A stretch of DNA of 64,000 bases from Lama guanicoe. Its lineage: Eukaryota. Where the stretch lies: assembly GCA_013239625.1 (NCBI GenBank), contig MU053754.1, forward strand, positions 1,593,966 to 1,657,965. The letters are read 5' to 3'. The notes under the pieces were generated by a model. That model was not told the origin of the DNA, searched no databases, and worked only from the letters and a program-made list of their open reading frames with translations. A program made the translations under genes and the position numbers. The first letter of the stretch is position 1, and each line of letters begins with the position of its first letter. This document shows positions 24,405-37,385 of this stretch, in pieces.

Positions 24405-26134
24405 TCCCTCTGCTCTTGAAGAGCTTTTGTTTTCTCTGCTGCATTCCAGCGAAGTCAGTGAATTGTTCCCTTGAACAAGCAAGCTGAGTGCCTACTATGA
24501 GCAGAAACATAGTCAAAACCCACCTAGGAGATGAAACCAGATGAAGAAATACGGCTATTGGGGAAATAAGAATGGAAACAGGAGACAAAACCAGAGGTAC
24601 AGAATTCATCCTATGAGCTCTGCATGAGAGGAGGACTCTGTATTTGGCTCTAAGCTTCCCAGCAGCCAATGTGAAGAGAGGAATACAGTCACGCACGCAT
24701 CCACAGTGTGAAAACAAGCAGAGCAAATGGAGCAGAACAAACACTGCTGCTCTTCCTGAGAGAACGCTTGTTCTCTCCCTATTCTCGTGACATGGACTCC
24801 TTGGTGGCGTGAGGCCAGCAGTGTAGCTGGTAGGGGCTAAGGACCTGTGAATTCCAGCCAGAGGGTGCAAGGGTGGAGTGTGAATAGGTAGACAAGACAT
24901 TCCATAGGGTACAGAAGGCCACCTGGAAAGACCTTGGGGAACAGAACTCTGAAGGCGAGTAGGATTTCCAAAGAGGCAGAAGGAACGGCATTCCAAGCAG
25001 AGGGCACAGCCTGGGCAAAGACTCAGAGCTAGAAGGAAACAAAACATCTTTTTAAAGAAACAAACTGGCCAAGGGTGACTGGAGTTTATGTCTCATGGAA
25101 GCAGGTGAAGAAAAGCTGGAAAAGGCAACCTGGAGCTAAGATGGTGAAATTTCCTGAAGCCGGGCTAAGGGGCTGGGATGTCATTTTGTATGTTGTGGTT
25201 GGTACCGAATGGGGAGGCGTGGAAGGTTTCTAACAGCAGCCAGGAGCCCTGGGGTTGTTGTCTTGGAAGAGTAGGATGTGGCGAGACCTGACCCATGGCT
25301 GGGAAGTACCAGTCTGAAGATGAGGAGGCCATGAACCAGACAGTGGATGGAGGAAATAGGAGGCTCCGAGGAAGGACTGCAGGGAGGGGCACTGACTGGC
25401 CTTGGCCAGTGACTCAGTCCTCAGCACAGAACCTCTGGGAACACAGGTGCTCCTCAAAGTCTGCTGGATCAGGATGAAGATAGGGGGAAGATAGGACACA
25501 AAAGACCTTGGGCTTTAGAACCTGGGCAGCCAGCAGGTTTCCAGGAGCACCAGCTGGAAGAAGGAAGACAGACGTAGGATCCAGCGGACGGTGGAGTCTG
25601 AAATGTTTCACAACGCTCAAATGGCGGCCTAAAGAGTACTGGCTGCAAAGGGGTAGAAAAGATGTGGAAATGATCTGCATCTCGGCAGGGGTGTTGGGTA
25701 CATAGGTGTCAAAACCCGGCCCATGGCACACCCAAAAGCTGTACATGTTACTGCATACTTCTTACACCTCCATGCATCGAGACTTTCAAAATGACATTTC
25801 CAGCAGGCCAAGGAAGGTAAAGAGACATTAGCTCTACCTTAAAGGTGTTCCTGCAGCCAAACAAATACAAAGGAACCAACAATAAGGAGAGAGGTGAGGT
25901 ACAGAGTATAAAGGGCAGAGCAGAGTCCTGGCTGGATTTGGGGAAAACTTCTCACAGGCGGTGATACTTGAACTGGGTTTTGAAGAGTAAATATACTGGA
26001 ATAAAACTGTCAAAACAGAAAAGCAGGAATTCTAGTTTGCAGATGACTCATTCCACGATCAAGTTTAGACACATTTACTGTGATGCATCTTAAGGCACTT
26101 AAGGTACAAATATGCCTGAGTTTATGCCTATAAC

Positions 26135-26360
26135 AGAGACGGTGTCAGACAGTGGAGGCACCTGGGCTTTGGAGGTGGATGGTTCTCGGGTGAGCCCGAG
26201 CTCCGTCTTTTATTGGTTGTGTGGTGCTAGGCAGTTTCTGTCATCTTTCTGTGAGGGTGCATGCTAATATCTCCACTCTAGCAAGGGGTGAGAATGAGGT
26301 GAGCCCGCGGATGTAAAATGGCTTCCTTCGTGGTAAGTGTCCGTGAGCATAAACACGTGA
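26135..26360 (+). mobile_element. Degenerate MIR SINE
   Basis: CTGGGCTTTGGAG...CTCGGGTGAGCCCGAGCTCCG...TTGTGTGGTGCTAGGCAG...GTGAGAATGAGGTGAG...ATGTAAAATGGCTT...GTAAGTGTCC follows the MIR layout. Confidence 0.5.
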
Positions 26361-27911
26361 TTCGATTACATAGTATGGCCACGTGCTTAGTATTCAAATG
26401 GTTGCCAAAATAACACGCCAGACAATACTGGTACAGTTAAATGCTTTTCCCAAATATTTCAGGTCTGAATATTTTCAGTTTGGTTTTCTCACCCGCAAAC
26501 CCCTAGGGACCTCCTGAATTTAATTTAGGACTCTTTGCAGTGTCTTCTGTTTAATCCAAAACGTGTTAAACATTTATCATGGTGATGTGTATGTAAAACA
26601 GAGAACATTCTAACCAGATGTGGCAGGGCGGGGTGGGGGCGTACAGGGGACAGGGCATGTCACGTGTGCTTTGGTTTGTGATTTTTTTCCCTCTCCATTT
26701 AAAAGAACACATGCGGAGGCCTCATGTCCTTGCTGATGGTATGTGAGGCAGAGAATCACGCTGTGTGTTCTAGAAAACTCCCAGCCCCCTACTGAGTCTT
26801 GAGGCCAAGGAATTCACAGGCAGGAGAACCTGTTGGTTTAAGCCATGTCTTCAGAAGCTTCCAAGCCCCTGACTGGTCTCACTGGTGATGTGGCCAAGAT
26901 TGATCTTTCCCCACCCTGATCTCTTGAATCAAGGATATTGCCTTTCAGCCTGTCCTTGGACCACTTAGCAATTCCAGCTTCCGAATGATGCTTCAGAGGG
27001 GACATTTCTTCCTGTATGTACATAGCACTTCTCAGGGCCTGTGCCTGACGCGACACACAGAATGATCGCTGGGAGACAGAGGTAAGTGGTGAGAGAGGCA
27101 TTCAACTGATGAATGCTTTTTAAAACTGTTACGTTTAGAAGAGTCTGCCTCCTCAGCTGCCAGAATCCTTGCCAAGGCGGTCAGGTTTCCACATTTGTGG
27201 GCTGGCATTGGTTTACTATCTAAAAAATTATAAAAAGCCTATGGGATTTTCTTCTCTTTCTTTGGGTGTGTGTGTGACGGGGTGGGCAGCTGGTATCTTC
27301 TCGTTTCCATATTGTCTTTAACTGATCGGAATGAGAAGAACTGTCTTTTAAGTGGAAATTGTGAATGTGACCGGGAGCCCATCAGGGACATACATACTTA
27401 CTTCAAGGCAGTGAAGGACGCTTGGAAGTAGAAGATGGACCCTGAAAAGCTGATTTGTGGGCAACACCAATGAATGAGTTGGAACTATTTCTGAGAGTGG
27501 GAAGTACGTCCTGCAGAGGGGAGAAGCGTGTGTAGGAATGGAGCAGCTGGCCACACCTCTCGTAGACTGGGAGACAGTCTGCAGAGGGAAGCGTTCTACG
27601 GGGAAGTCATAATGTCTTCTGCTGGAGACACACTCGCAGTGCTGCAATTCTGTGATGAACTATAGCTTTGAAACCTTCCGTGTCTTCAGCCAGAGATGAC
27701 CTTTCAAGGCTCCTTATCTATTTCACATCTATCGTGCACCAAGTACCCAGCACCCAGCATGCAGTTCCTTTACCATTAACTGAGTCCTCATCTTTGCTCC
27801 TGTGGCAGTGTGGAATCAGACTCCACCGGGTCAGAGGTCAGAGTACTGGAATTCAAACTTCAGCTCTGCTGTTGAGTACTGGGTAGTGTCTCTAGTACTT
27901 AGGAAAGGCTG

Positions 27912-28476
27912 TGTATTAGTTATCTATGGCTGCATAATAAATCCTTCTCCAATTTAATGACTTAAAACAACCGTAAACATTTATTGCATTTCAGAGTTTC
28001 TTTGGGTCAGGAATCCAGACAGTGCTCAGGAGGGATTCTGGATTCATGATATTTGGCCTTGCGTGGGAAGACTTAAAGACTGGAGACTGGAAGCATCTGA
28101 AGACTGGAGGTTACAGGACCCCCTTCCAAGGTGGCTTACTCACATGGCAGGGGCATTGATCCTGGCTGTCAAGAGAGAGGCCTCTGTTCCTCTCCACAGG
28201 GCCTCTCCACAGGACAGCTTGAGCATATTCACAGCATGGTGACTGACTCCCCAGAGTGAGCGATCCAAGACTCCAGAGAGGAACTAGAAATGGCTGCCAA
28301 GACCTAGCCTCAGAAGTCACAAACCAACAGTTTCTCAAAGCCACATGCTGTTACTTTCTCAGGATCTTCTTGGCCACAGAGGTCAACCATGTTCAGCGAG
28401 GGGTGGTGATGAGGCAAGCGTGAGAACACGAGGAGATGAGGACCATCAGGGACCATCTTGGAGACTTGCTACCACA
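27912..28476 (-). mobile_element. MaLR solo LTR (MLT1F-like)
   Basis: TGTATTAGTTATCTATGGCTGCATAATAAAT...TTCCAAGGTGGCTTACTCACATGGC...CTCCCCAGAGTGAGCGATCCAAGA...GACCTAGCCTCAGAAGTCAC...CCATCTTGGAGACTTGCTACCACA. Confidence 0.85.
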
Positions 28477-28668
28477 GGTAGCATCAGATAGCAAGAAGTG
28501 GGGTACAGTGGAAGGGTGTGGTAGGTGCAGCGCTGCGGCCTAGAGTGGCTCTGTGTAATGTAGGCTCTTAGGCCACACTGTTGAGGTTCAGATCCCAGCT
28601 GGCCACTTATTCTGTGGCCTAATGCAAATTATTTAATCCCCTTGTGACTCAATGTTGACGTATTTAAA

Positions 28669-29188
28669 TGTGGTAGGCTACATTACTGTTTGAAAAGAAT
28701 TCATCCCCAACATTGTCTTCTCCCCCACCGCCACCCACCTGCAGCATTCATGGGAAAATAATTCCCTACTCCATCAGTTGGGCCAGGCTCTGTGACTTGA
28801 TTTGAACTCAAGCTGGGCAGAGCATGCCTCCCCATCTCTTGATTTTAGACTTAGCAGTATGCCTTGCTGTGGCCAATGTGAGAAGATGTGACACAAGTAG
28901 AGGCCTGAAATGAGTTTGCATAGTTTTGCTTGCCTTTGCACATGTCTCCCATCACTGTGGGAAATACATGCTACAGTTAGTCCACTGGTTCTGCAAGGAA
29001 GGAAAATACTTGGAGTAAACTTGAGCTCAGCCCAACTCAGCTATGCCCAGACTAGATCCACTAACTCTCAACTGAACTGTGTACAGAGGACACGTTAGGG
29101 GGATTTAATGATGAGTATGTTAAGCCAAAGAAATTTTTGTGGGGATGTTTGTTACACAGCATTATTAACACGCTAGTTAACTGATACA
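28669..29188 (+). mobile_element. MaLR solo LTR (MLT1G/H-like) nested in a MIR
   Basis: TGTGGTAGGCTA start and GTTTGTTACACAGCATTATT...AACTGATACA end. The MIR 5' half (about 28545-28668) and 3' half (29189-29290, ACCTATCTCATAGGGT...ATGTATAAAGTGCCTA) join across it. Confidence 0.75.
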
Positions 29189-30760
29189 GGTGGCAGTGAT
29201 AGGACCTATCTCATAGGGTCATGGGGATTATGTGAAATAATATGTATAAAGTGCCTAAAACCCTGCCTGGTGCTGGCACTTGCTCATAGAGCCTTGACTC
29301 ATCTCTCAGAATGCAGGGTTGCCCCTCCTGCCCCTCCTGCCCCTCTGAAGTCCCCCTTTCCCTGGTCCATGCACTCCACTTGTTCCCAGAATTCCTTGTC
29401 CTCCACTGCACTCAGCTTCACCCTCTCATGCCTTTCCACACCTTTCCAGGTGTTAAGCAGCTGGTCTGACTAATTAAACCATGTTAGTACAATAGTGGGA
29501 AAATGCTACCTCCACCTCACCTCCTCCCAGCTTCCTGGGAATCAGTGATCTGTTATTTTTGTTTGTTTGTTTTAAACATTTATTGGAGTCCAGGGTTCCT
29601 TTTGTCTCCCCAAGAGGAATGAGTCATGGTGAACACTTCAGAAGAAGGATGAGAGGATGGGCAGGCTGTTACAGTCTGGGAGGCAGAGGAGGGTTGCTGA
29701 AAAATTAGAAGTTTCTTTGAAGCTGGTGGAGCTTTGAGGCAACCTGGCCCCTCTCAACACACAGGCCCTGTTCATATGATTGCGAAGTTCTCCACCTATG
29801 CTCAAAGCCGACCATCCGTACCTCTGCATACAAGTGGTCATTGCTAAAACATCTTCTGGTCCTGCAGCATCATCAGAGAGCAGCAGGGGGTCAAGGGAAT
29901 GGAAACGTGGCACTGGCCTGGTATCCCAGAGCCTCCAACCTCATGGTCAGGGCAGACAGTAGAGAGGGGAGACTCTAGGGGTGTCTTGTGCAAGGAGGGA
30001 AAAGGAACAGATACAGCAACAGGAAAAGAAGGTAATACTAAGTGGAGAGTCAGGCCAGAAGGAAAAATATGGGGAAGAGGAACGAATCATTGCAGTGGAG
30101 AAAAAGGAAAATGAGACGAGTGGAGAGAGTTATGCATGGATTGCTTTTGGAATCCAGGGGATGGGAAAGCAAAAATAAATGTGAAGAGATCCAGAGGGAA
30201 TTTTCATTACTACAAACCGTCTCAACTAGCCCTAAAAAGGGGAAAGAAAAGAGATAATGGAGACAGACTTTAACCTATAAATTTGTGTGGAAACTAACAT
30301 GTTCCCATGGGTCTCACGCATGGGAATTTGCCTCTGTGAGTTGTTCCTGGAATATCTGCCTGGCTTCTTAACCCGGGGAACAAAAGACCGAGGTTTTAAA
30401 AGGGGATCGTGGGTGAATCTTAATGAGGCCAATTGTCTCAGTCTGGATTCTTAGTTGTAAACAATAGGACTTAACTCTGGCTAGTTTAAACAGAAGATGA
30501 ATTTATTAGGGAATAATAAGTAGTTCACAGACTCTCCAGGAGGGTGTCTCAGACATGGAGCTGACAAGGTCAGAAATGGTGCCAGAATGTCACAAAGTGG
30601 CTCCAGTGAAGACCAGACTGCTGACAAACCTGGAAATAACGCCACAACTTGACCTTGAATAGGAAAGGGGGGTTTGCCTAGATACAGGAAGGAGAACCCA
30701 TTTTCAGGCTAGGAGTGCTGTAGAACTGTGCCTCTTAATTTCCCTTCTCCCTTCCTTCTA

Positions 30761-30895
30761 CAGCAGTTCTCAGCCTGGGGCAGTTTTAAACACAGGAGAC
30801 ATTTTAACTTGTCACAGTCGGGGGACGGAAGCTACTAGCATCTGCTGGGTGGCATCCAGGGGAGCAGCTAAGCGCCCAAACGATGCGCGAGGCCT
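30761..30895 (+). mobile_element. MER20-like partial copy
   Basis: CAGCAGTTCTCAGCCTGGGGCAGTTTT...GGAGACATTTTAACTTGTCACAGTCGGGG...GCTACTAGCATCTGCTGGGTGG. Confidence 0.65.
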
Positions 30896-31074
30896 GTGCT
30901 TGGCGGGCCTCAGTCTGCAGCACATTGCTCACTGCAGCACAGAACCCCATCGTATCCATGGCCTAAATTATTGCCTCAGCAAAAATGACAGCTCAGCTGC
31001 CCCGACCTCGGGGCTGCTCCCTAATTACTGCCTCCTTCACAGCTGACTCGACAAACACTGAGACTCCCCGATGA

Positions 31075-31180
31075 CAGGGTTGGCAGAACACAGCCCACGG
31101 GCCAGCTCCAGCCCACCACCTGTTTTTGTAAACCCGTGAGCTGTGAGTAATGTTTGTATTTTTTAACGGTTTTTTAAATA
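31075..31180. mobile_element. MER58-like hAT MITE fragment
   Basis: CAGGGTTGGCAGAACACAGCCCACGGGCCAGCTCCAGCCCACCACCTGTTTTTGTAAA. Confidence 0.65.
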
Positions 31181-31684
31181 ATCATCTGATTCCATGGGAT
31201 GAGTTCTTGCCTGCCCACTCCACAACCTCCTGGTGCCCCTCAGCCTCCTGTTCCTCATAGTCCCTGTACCCCCACCCCAGCTCAGCAATCACTGGCACCT
31301 GTCATCCCCAGCAGGGAGCAGAGTTGGTCAGGGCACTCTGGTGGCCATTCCCACCCCAGGATGGCAGCACCACAGCACAGTCAGTGGGCAGTGTGATCCG
31401 GGGGTGAGAGGTAGGTCTCTGGCCCGCTGTCATCCAGGCACCTTCGTCCCACTTTTTGATCAGAGATACTGTTTTTGCATCTTGCACTGGACTTTATAAT
31501 TGCGTGGCTAGTCTTGCCAATAATAGTTGTTTTCTCATTTCTGTTCATGGCAGAGTGCTCCGGTTTTGCCCCTCTGAGTCCTAGGGTCGGTCATTTTTGT
31601 GCTGCAAGAACCACAAGGAAGTCCTTCTTTCTTAGGGCTTCCACGAGACCAACATGGTAGTGCTGCACAGTAGCTGACTGACAC

Positions 31685-32065
31685 TGTTAGAGACTGTGCA
31701 CATTTCCTTCCCACTCATCTTTACGTACAAAGGCCCAAGCATAGCCTGCGTGCATGGCAGGCCAGAGTGCTAAAGAGTTGAGGCTCTTGGGAGCCAGTGT
31801 ATAAACACCCCAGCTCCGTCCTCCTGAGCAGGGATAGCCCTGAGGTGCATGATCTGCACTGTCTCCTAGAGGTCCCCAGGGAATGGGCTCCAGCTGCCCG
31901 TGGCAGTCGCAGGCTTCGTGATGCTTCCTTCGCTGGCTGCCTTCACTTCCCTTTCTCATTTCCTCATGCCACTGCAGCTGTCTCCTGGGATTTGCTCACC
32001 CATCAACTGACTTGTTCTGAAACCCTGTCTCAGGGCCTGCTTTTCGGGAAACCCAGATCTACACG
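31685..32065 (+). mobile_element. ERVL solo LTR (LTR16-like)
   Basis: GCCAGTGTATAAACACCCCAGCTCC...GGGATAGCCCTGAGGTGCATG...AGAGGTCCCCAG...CCCTGTCTCAGGGCCTGCTTTTCGGGAAACCCAGATCTACAC matches the recalled LTR16 3' end. Confidence 0.7.
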
Positions 32066-34009
32066 GTGCTCCCACTTCGAGCCCAACTTTAAGCATGAAG
32101 AAAACTTGATCAATTAATATTTTTAAATAACAACAATCCAGCAAGACAGAGCATAGGCTTTTCAGTTCGTGGCTGTGGGAGTTAACAGACAGTTGTCACC
32201 CATGGTCTAAAAAGAGGGTACAGTTTTGACAAGCACAGAGAGACTCTCGTTGGTAAAATACAGGCACCAAAGTAGGTATAATTAAGATTTGATTTTTTTC
32301 TGTTTGAGTCATAAATGTAACATGTGAAAGCTAAGTCAATTGCTCTACAAGACAGAAATCTGACCCTTCAGAAAATAATATCTCTGTGGGGAAAAAGAGC
32401 AACAAGAGAAAGGAATGCATGGGACACCCCATCACAGCCTGCATTACTTGACTAACTGGTTCAGAGGTCTCAAGCAGAAAAGATTAAATATTGATTCCCA
32501 GTTGGGGCAGGACCATCTTTATCCTCCGTCCCTATTCCCTGCATCTGTATCTTTACTCCTATGGAGAAGGAATATTCACATCCCCTGACATGTCCATGAC
32601 AGCCTCCCACCTTCATAGCATACATGATTTTTGGAAGAACCATTTTACGGCAATTACTAGCTGCTAATTGTCACTGGAAAAAAAAGTGTTGCCTCCACCT
32701 CACCCGGCAGAGAAAACATATCTTTAAATACAAGTGAAATTCCAATGTCAGAGTTATTAGCTGTTAGCATTAAGACTTAATGCGCGTGCTCAAGGTTGAG
32801 ACGACTCTTTTACCGTCATAGCCTCAGAAAAAAGGATTATTTTTCAGTATGATTTGCTTCTGTTGTAATGGATGAGGAAGTTACCGTTACATATGATAGA
32901 TAAGTGATAAAAAAACAAACCAATTCGATTTTAAAAAAATACTTCAAAAATCTGCTTCTCATCATTCTTTTCTTCTAAGCATTCTGTTGATGACTTCTGT
33001 TTTTAGCAAGGAAGCATAACACTGTCTTGCTATGGCTTCTTACAGTATGAAATAAGCAATGATGATTCATTTTAGCCATTAATCTTCGTTTTCTTCTTTG
33101 TTCAGGGATGATCAACCCGAATCCATATTTGTGCTAAAAACACATAGTACGTTGTTCTCTGAGTGGTGGCATCATCTTGTGCTTCCTGCAGCTGTGTTAG
33201 CTCCTGGCATGAGTCCCCCCAGGGATTTTCTTGCATATTTGCAGAAATACATCAAGCTTGCTTTTCTGCTGCTCACAAGTGCTGAGGGAGACAGAGCAGC
33301 GAGCTTTTACTGTCAGGGGAGTTTCCAGCTCGACTCCACGGAAGAAGCCAAATTGGGAAGGGATCCCTTTTCAAGGCAGAAAAGTGTGGGGTTGGGGAGC
33401 ACAGTGAAATCAACTTCCTGCCTCCACCTTTCGGTCGTACCTGATTTGAATCTCCACAGCCTTGGCCTTCTCCGGGGCGTTGCAGCTGCAGATGGCACGC
33501 TTGGCTAGCTCAGTCTTTGCAGAGAGGACAGTACCAGCTGATGCACCACTGAGCTCCCCCAAGGCCAGAAGAAGCACCTGCCTGAGCCCAGCCCCAACTG
33601 CTGGCACGTGAGCCAGGAGCTAACGGTGTTTGTCTTAAGCCATTAAATTTTGTAGCTGTTTTCCAAAACAGCAAAAGCTAACCAATACAAATACCGTAAA
33701 GGGTTCTTCTTCTTTTTTTTTTTTTTTAACTCTAGTGAGCGTACAAGAGTGATGGTCTGAAAATTATTCACCAACTCCTCAAAAACAGCAACATTTTTAA
33801 TGGTGAAAAAATTTAATCCTGAAACAAATTTTTAAAAAATTAAATGATCATACCGTAGAAAGCAAAGAATGCCACCAAATATCACCATCTAAAGCATGGT
33901 CACAGATCCTGTGGGATTAAATTCTTGCCCAGACCTAACCGTAAAAAAAAGGTATTTACATAAATCTTTTTGTTTGTTTACAAGCAGCAAGATGACTTGA
34001 CTTTACATT

Positions 34010-34720
34010 CTTAAAATCGAAGTCTAGTTTCCACACAGTGAAATGCTTAAGTCTAAATGTTCAGTTTGATCAGTTTTGATGATGCATTTGCTCATGTAAC
34101 CCAAATCCCTATCAAAATATAGAACATCATTCAGACAACTCCCTTGGGCCTCTTCCTAGTGAATCCTCCCTCTACCCAGAAGTAACCACTGATCTGCCTT
34201 CTGGCACTAAAAATTAGATTTGTCTTGCCTAGAATATCATAAATCCTATAGTATATACTCTTTTATGACTGGCTTCTTTCACTTAGCATAATGTTTTGGA
34301 TATTCATCTTTGTTTATTGTTGCCTGTATCAATAGTTCATTCCTTTTTAGTGCTAAGTAGTATTCCATTCTCTGGCTAGGCCACTGCTTATTTAGCCATT
34401 CTCCACTGATAGATGCCTGGACTCTTTCCGGGTTTCGGTGACTGTAAATAAAACAGCTGTGAACATTCTTGCACAAGGCTGTGGTAGACATAATTTTTCT
34501 GTGAGTGAAATTGCTGGGCATAGAATTGATGCATGCTAAAAACCTCTTAACCAACTACCAATCAGTTTTGCAAAGTGGTTGTGTAGGTTTAAATTTGCAC
34601 CATCACTGTCTGAGGATTTTGGGGGCTCCACACCCTTGACCTCCTTCGGCCTCCTTGTGGTCAATAACATTGGCCGTTCTAGGGCATGGTATTTCATTGT
34701 GGCCCAAATAACTTCTTTTC
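34010..34720 (-). mobile_element. Old L1 (L1MD/ME-like) 3' region
   Basis: TATCAAAATATAGAACAT...GTAACCACTGATCTG...CTGGCTTCTTTCACTTAGCATAATGTTTTGGATATTCATC...TTCCTTTTTAGTGCTAAGTAGTATTCCATT. Confidence 0.8.
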
Positions 34721-35584
34721 AAAGGTTTCTTTGCATGCAAATGTTGATCAGTGTTTCTTTCACTGAACAATAACGATTTTGGATAACTATTTCTCATCAT
34801 AGAGGCAGCTTGTTCAACATTATGGAAAATAATAAGTCAGAAGCAGTAGGAATCCAGTTCTTAACACAAGCACCCATCTAACAATATTTCAGTTTTAAAT
34901 GGTTATATTTCAAACCAGAGTACCTTATGTTAGTACAATGTGGCTTCTAAGTACCCCATCCTAAGATTAAGAACCACTGGGACATGTGATGATAATGAAT
35001 AAACAGAAATGAGGATATGGGGGAGGGAACTGAAGACCAGAAACCCAGACACTACTATCCAGAATTAAATATGTGCTGAGTCTTTTAATCATCTTTGATG
35101 GTCTTGAGTTTGTCATGGGTGGTGGTTGCTCCTGGCGATTTAATTCATTCAGGTATGTACCGAGCTCTAACTTTGTGCTGAGAATTGAGTGTAAGGTCAT
35201 GAGCAGGACAGATTTCACCCCTGCCTTCATGGAGGTTACTATTTAGCAGGTGAAATTCGGCAGATAGCAAGGAACTTCAGGACAGTGCAGCGAGGACTGT
35301 GATCAGAAAGCACCTACAAGCACCCAGCTGGGACATGAGGGCTTCACAGAGAAGGTCTGGGAGGGTGAGCTGATTAAACAGGCAAGAAGACGGTAGGGTT
35401 CCGGGCAGAGAGAAGAGCGTATAGGACGAACGAGAGAGTGTGGTGAGAAAGAGGCGAGGAAAGAAGGCCATATGTGGAGCAGAGGAGGTAGTCAGGGGTC
35501 AGATCTCAAAGATCTTGTCAGCCATGTCAAAAACACGGACACTACTCAGAGAACAGTGGAAAGTCACTTTTTGGATTTACTAAG

Positions 35585-36190
35585 GAATGTGAGTGGGGAT
35601 GTAAAATGGTACGGCAGCCGTGGAAAACATTCTGATGGTTCCTCAGTAAGTTAGATAGAGAATTCTCATATGACCCAGCAAGTCTACTCCTGGGTATAGA
35701 CCCCAGAGAACTGAACACGGGTACTCACACAAATACGTTCACACACGTGTTCATAGAAGCTCTATTTACAATATCTCTAAATTGGAAACAACCCAAATGT
35801 CCACCAACAGTTGAATGAATAAATAAAATATGGTATTATAACGCAATATTATTATGGTATAAAAAGGAGTGAAGTCCTGATACATGCTACAATGTGGATG
35901 AACTTTGAAAATATGAAGCTTAGTCCAAGAAGCCTGACACTAAAGCATATTGTGTGATTCCATTTACTTGAACCATCCAGAATTGGTAAATCTGTAGAAA
36001 CAGAAAGTAGGTAAGTGGCAGCCAGAGGCTGCGGGGAGGGGAGAATGGGGAGAGACTGCTTAGCCGGTACACAGCCTCCTTTTGCGGTGATGGGAGTGTT
36101 CTGGAACTGGATGGTTGATAACTGCACAGCACTGTGAGTGAACTTAGTGTCACTGATGGTCAATTTTGTGTTATGCATGTGTGACCATAG
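35585..36190 (+). mobile_element. L1MB-like 3' end nested within an antisense L2 (about 35140-36470)
   Basis: GGGATGTAAAATGGTACGGCAGCCGTGGAAAAC...CATATGACCCAGCAAGTCTACTCCTGGGTATA...TGGAAACAACCCAAATGTCCA...TGATACATGCTACAATGTGGATGAAC. L2-like sequence lies on both sides. Confidence 0.8.
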
Positions 36191-37184
36191 GTTTTCTGAG
36201 AGGGAATGTGATACCATGGAATTTGAGGAAGATCACTGTGACTAAATTGGAGGAGATACGACCAGAGTCAGGGAGCCCAGGTTAGATCATTTAATTCAGG
36301 AGGACAGTGAGATTGGGGGACATGTGAGTGTTGGGAGGAAGATAGGAAGATGGGAGTTGTATTTGGAAGAAATCAGGGCTTGATGACGGACGGTGTGGGG
36401 ATGAGGAGGTGGAGAAGTCAAGGGTAGAGCACAGATTTCTGGTTTTGGGCCAAAGGTCACTGGGGCAGGAACATTTCAGAAATGATTTTGCTCTTTTCAC
36501 ATTTCTCTCACTTTGAATAGCACGCCTGCACAGCTTACTGTTGGACAATATAGATTTTGCATTGTAAATATTTCCATTTTGTACATAGCTCTGTTTATCC
36601 CAAAGATGCTGGTTTTCTGCTAATGGAGACAGAGCCTAAGTCCCTATAGAAAAACAGGCATCATCAACCAGTCCAAAAAGTGAGGCTGCCCTTCAGTCAT
36701 CCTGACCACTTCTAGGGTCATGCTGACACAGATGGAGCTTTTCCAGCTCCACAAGTGTTCAGGATTGTAACTTCTGGTTCAAACGATAAACACAGGGAAG
36801 ACTGTAGTTTCTCTGATAAACTCACTGCTGAAAGATAAAATTTACCTTAGGGAAACAGTCACTGTAACAATGAAATCAACCAAAGGGCCCTACAGTGTAC
36901 TACATGCCAGGGCTCGTGACAGGTGCTTTACATCTGTGAGTGTATCCAACTCCCCGTCAAGAACTCAGGTCCTCATCTCAGATATTCAAGGGCCCAGAGT
37001 CCAGTTGGGGATTATCCAGGGTTCTTGCTGCTTGTCTCTCTTTCTCCTGCCTCACTCCCTTCCCTAAGGTGGCAAGAGCAGTGAGAAGAAGCCCTAATCA
37101 ACCCTTAGGTTCCAGAGTATTGACAGTCCTAGCAAACCTGTTTTAAATTCGGGCGAGGCAGACAGCTTACACGGCCTTCTAAAC

Positions 37185-37385
37185 CAGAGGTTGGCAGACT
37201 CAAAGATTTTAGATTTTGCACTCCATACTGTCTTCGTCGCAACCACTCAACTCTGCCATTGTAGCTAAAAGCAGCCAGAGACACTGTGTTCATGAATGGA
37301 TGTGGCTGTGTGCCAATAAAACTTTATTCACAAAAACTGACAGTGGGCTGTACTTGACTCGCGTGCTGTAGTTTGCCAGCCCTTG
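37185..37385. mobile_element. MER58A-like hAT MITE with intact TSD
   Basis: Termini CAGAGGTTGGCA / TTTGCCAGCCCTTG. Internal GGCTGTGTGCCAATAAAACTTTATT. Perfect 8-bp TSD TTCTAAAC at 37177-37184 and 37386-37393. Confidence 0.9.

Noticed and set aside
24367..25047. 226-aa minus-strand ORF
   Set aside because: Runs through repeat-like sequence and ends inside a SINE. No protein-like features.
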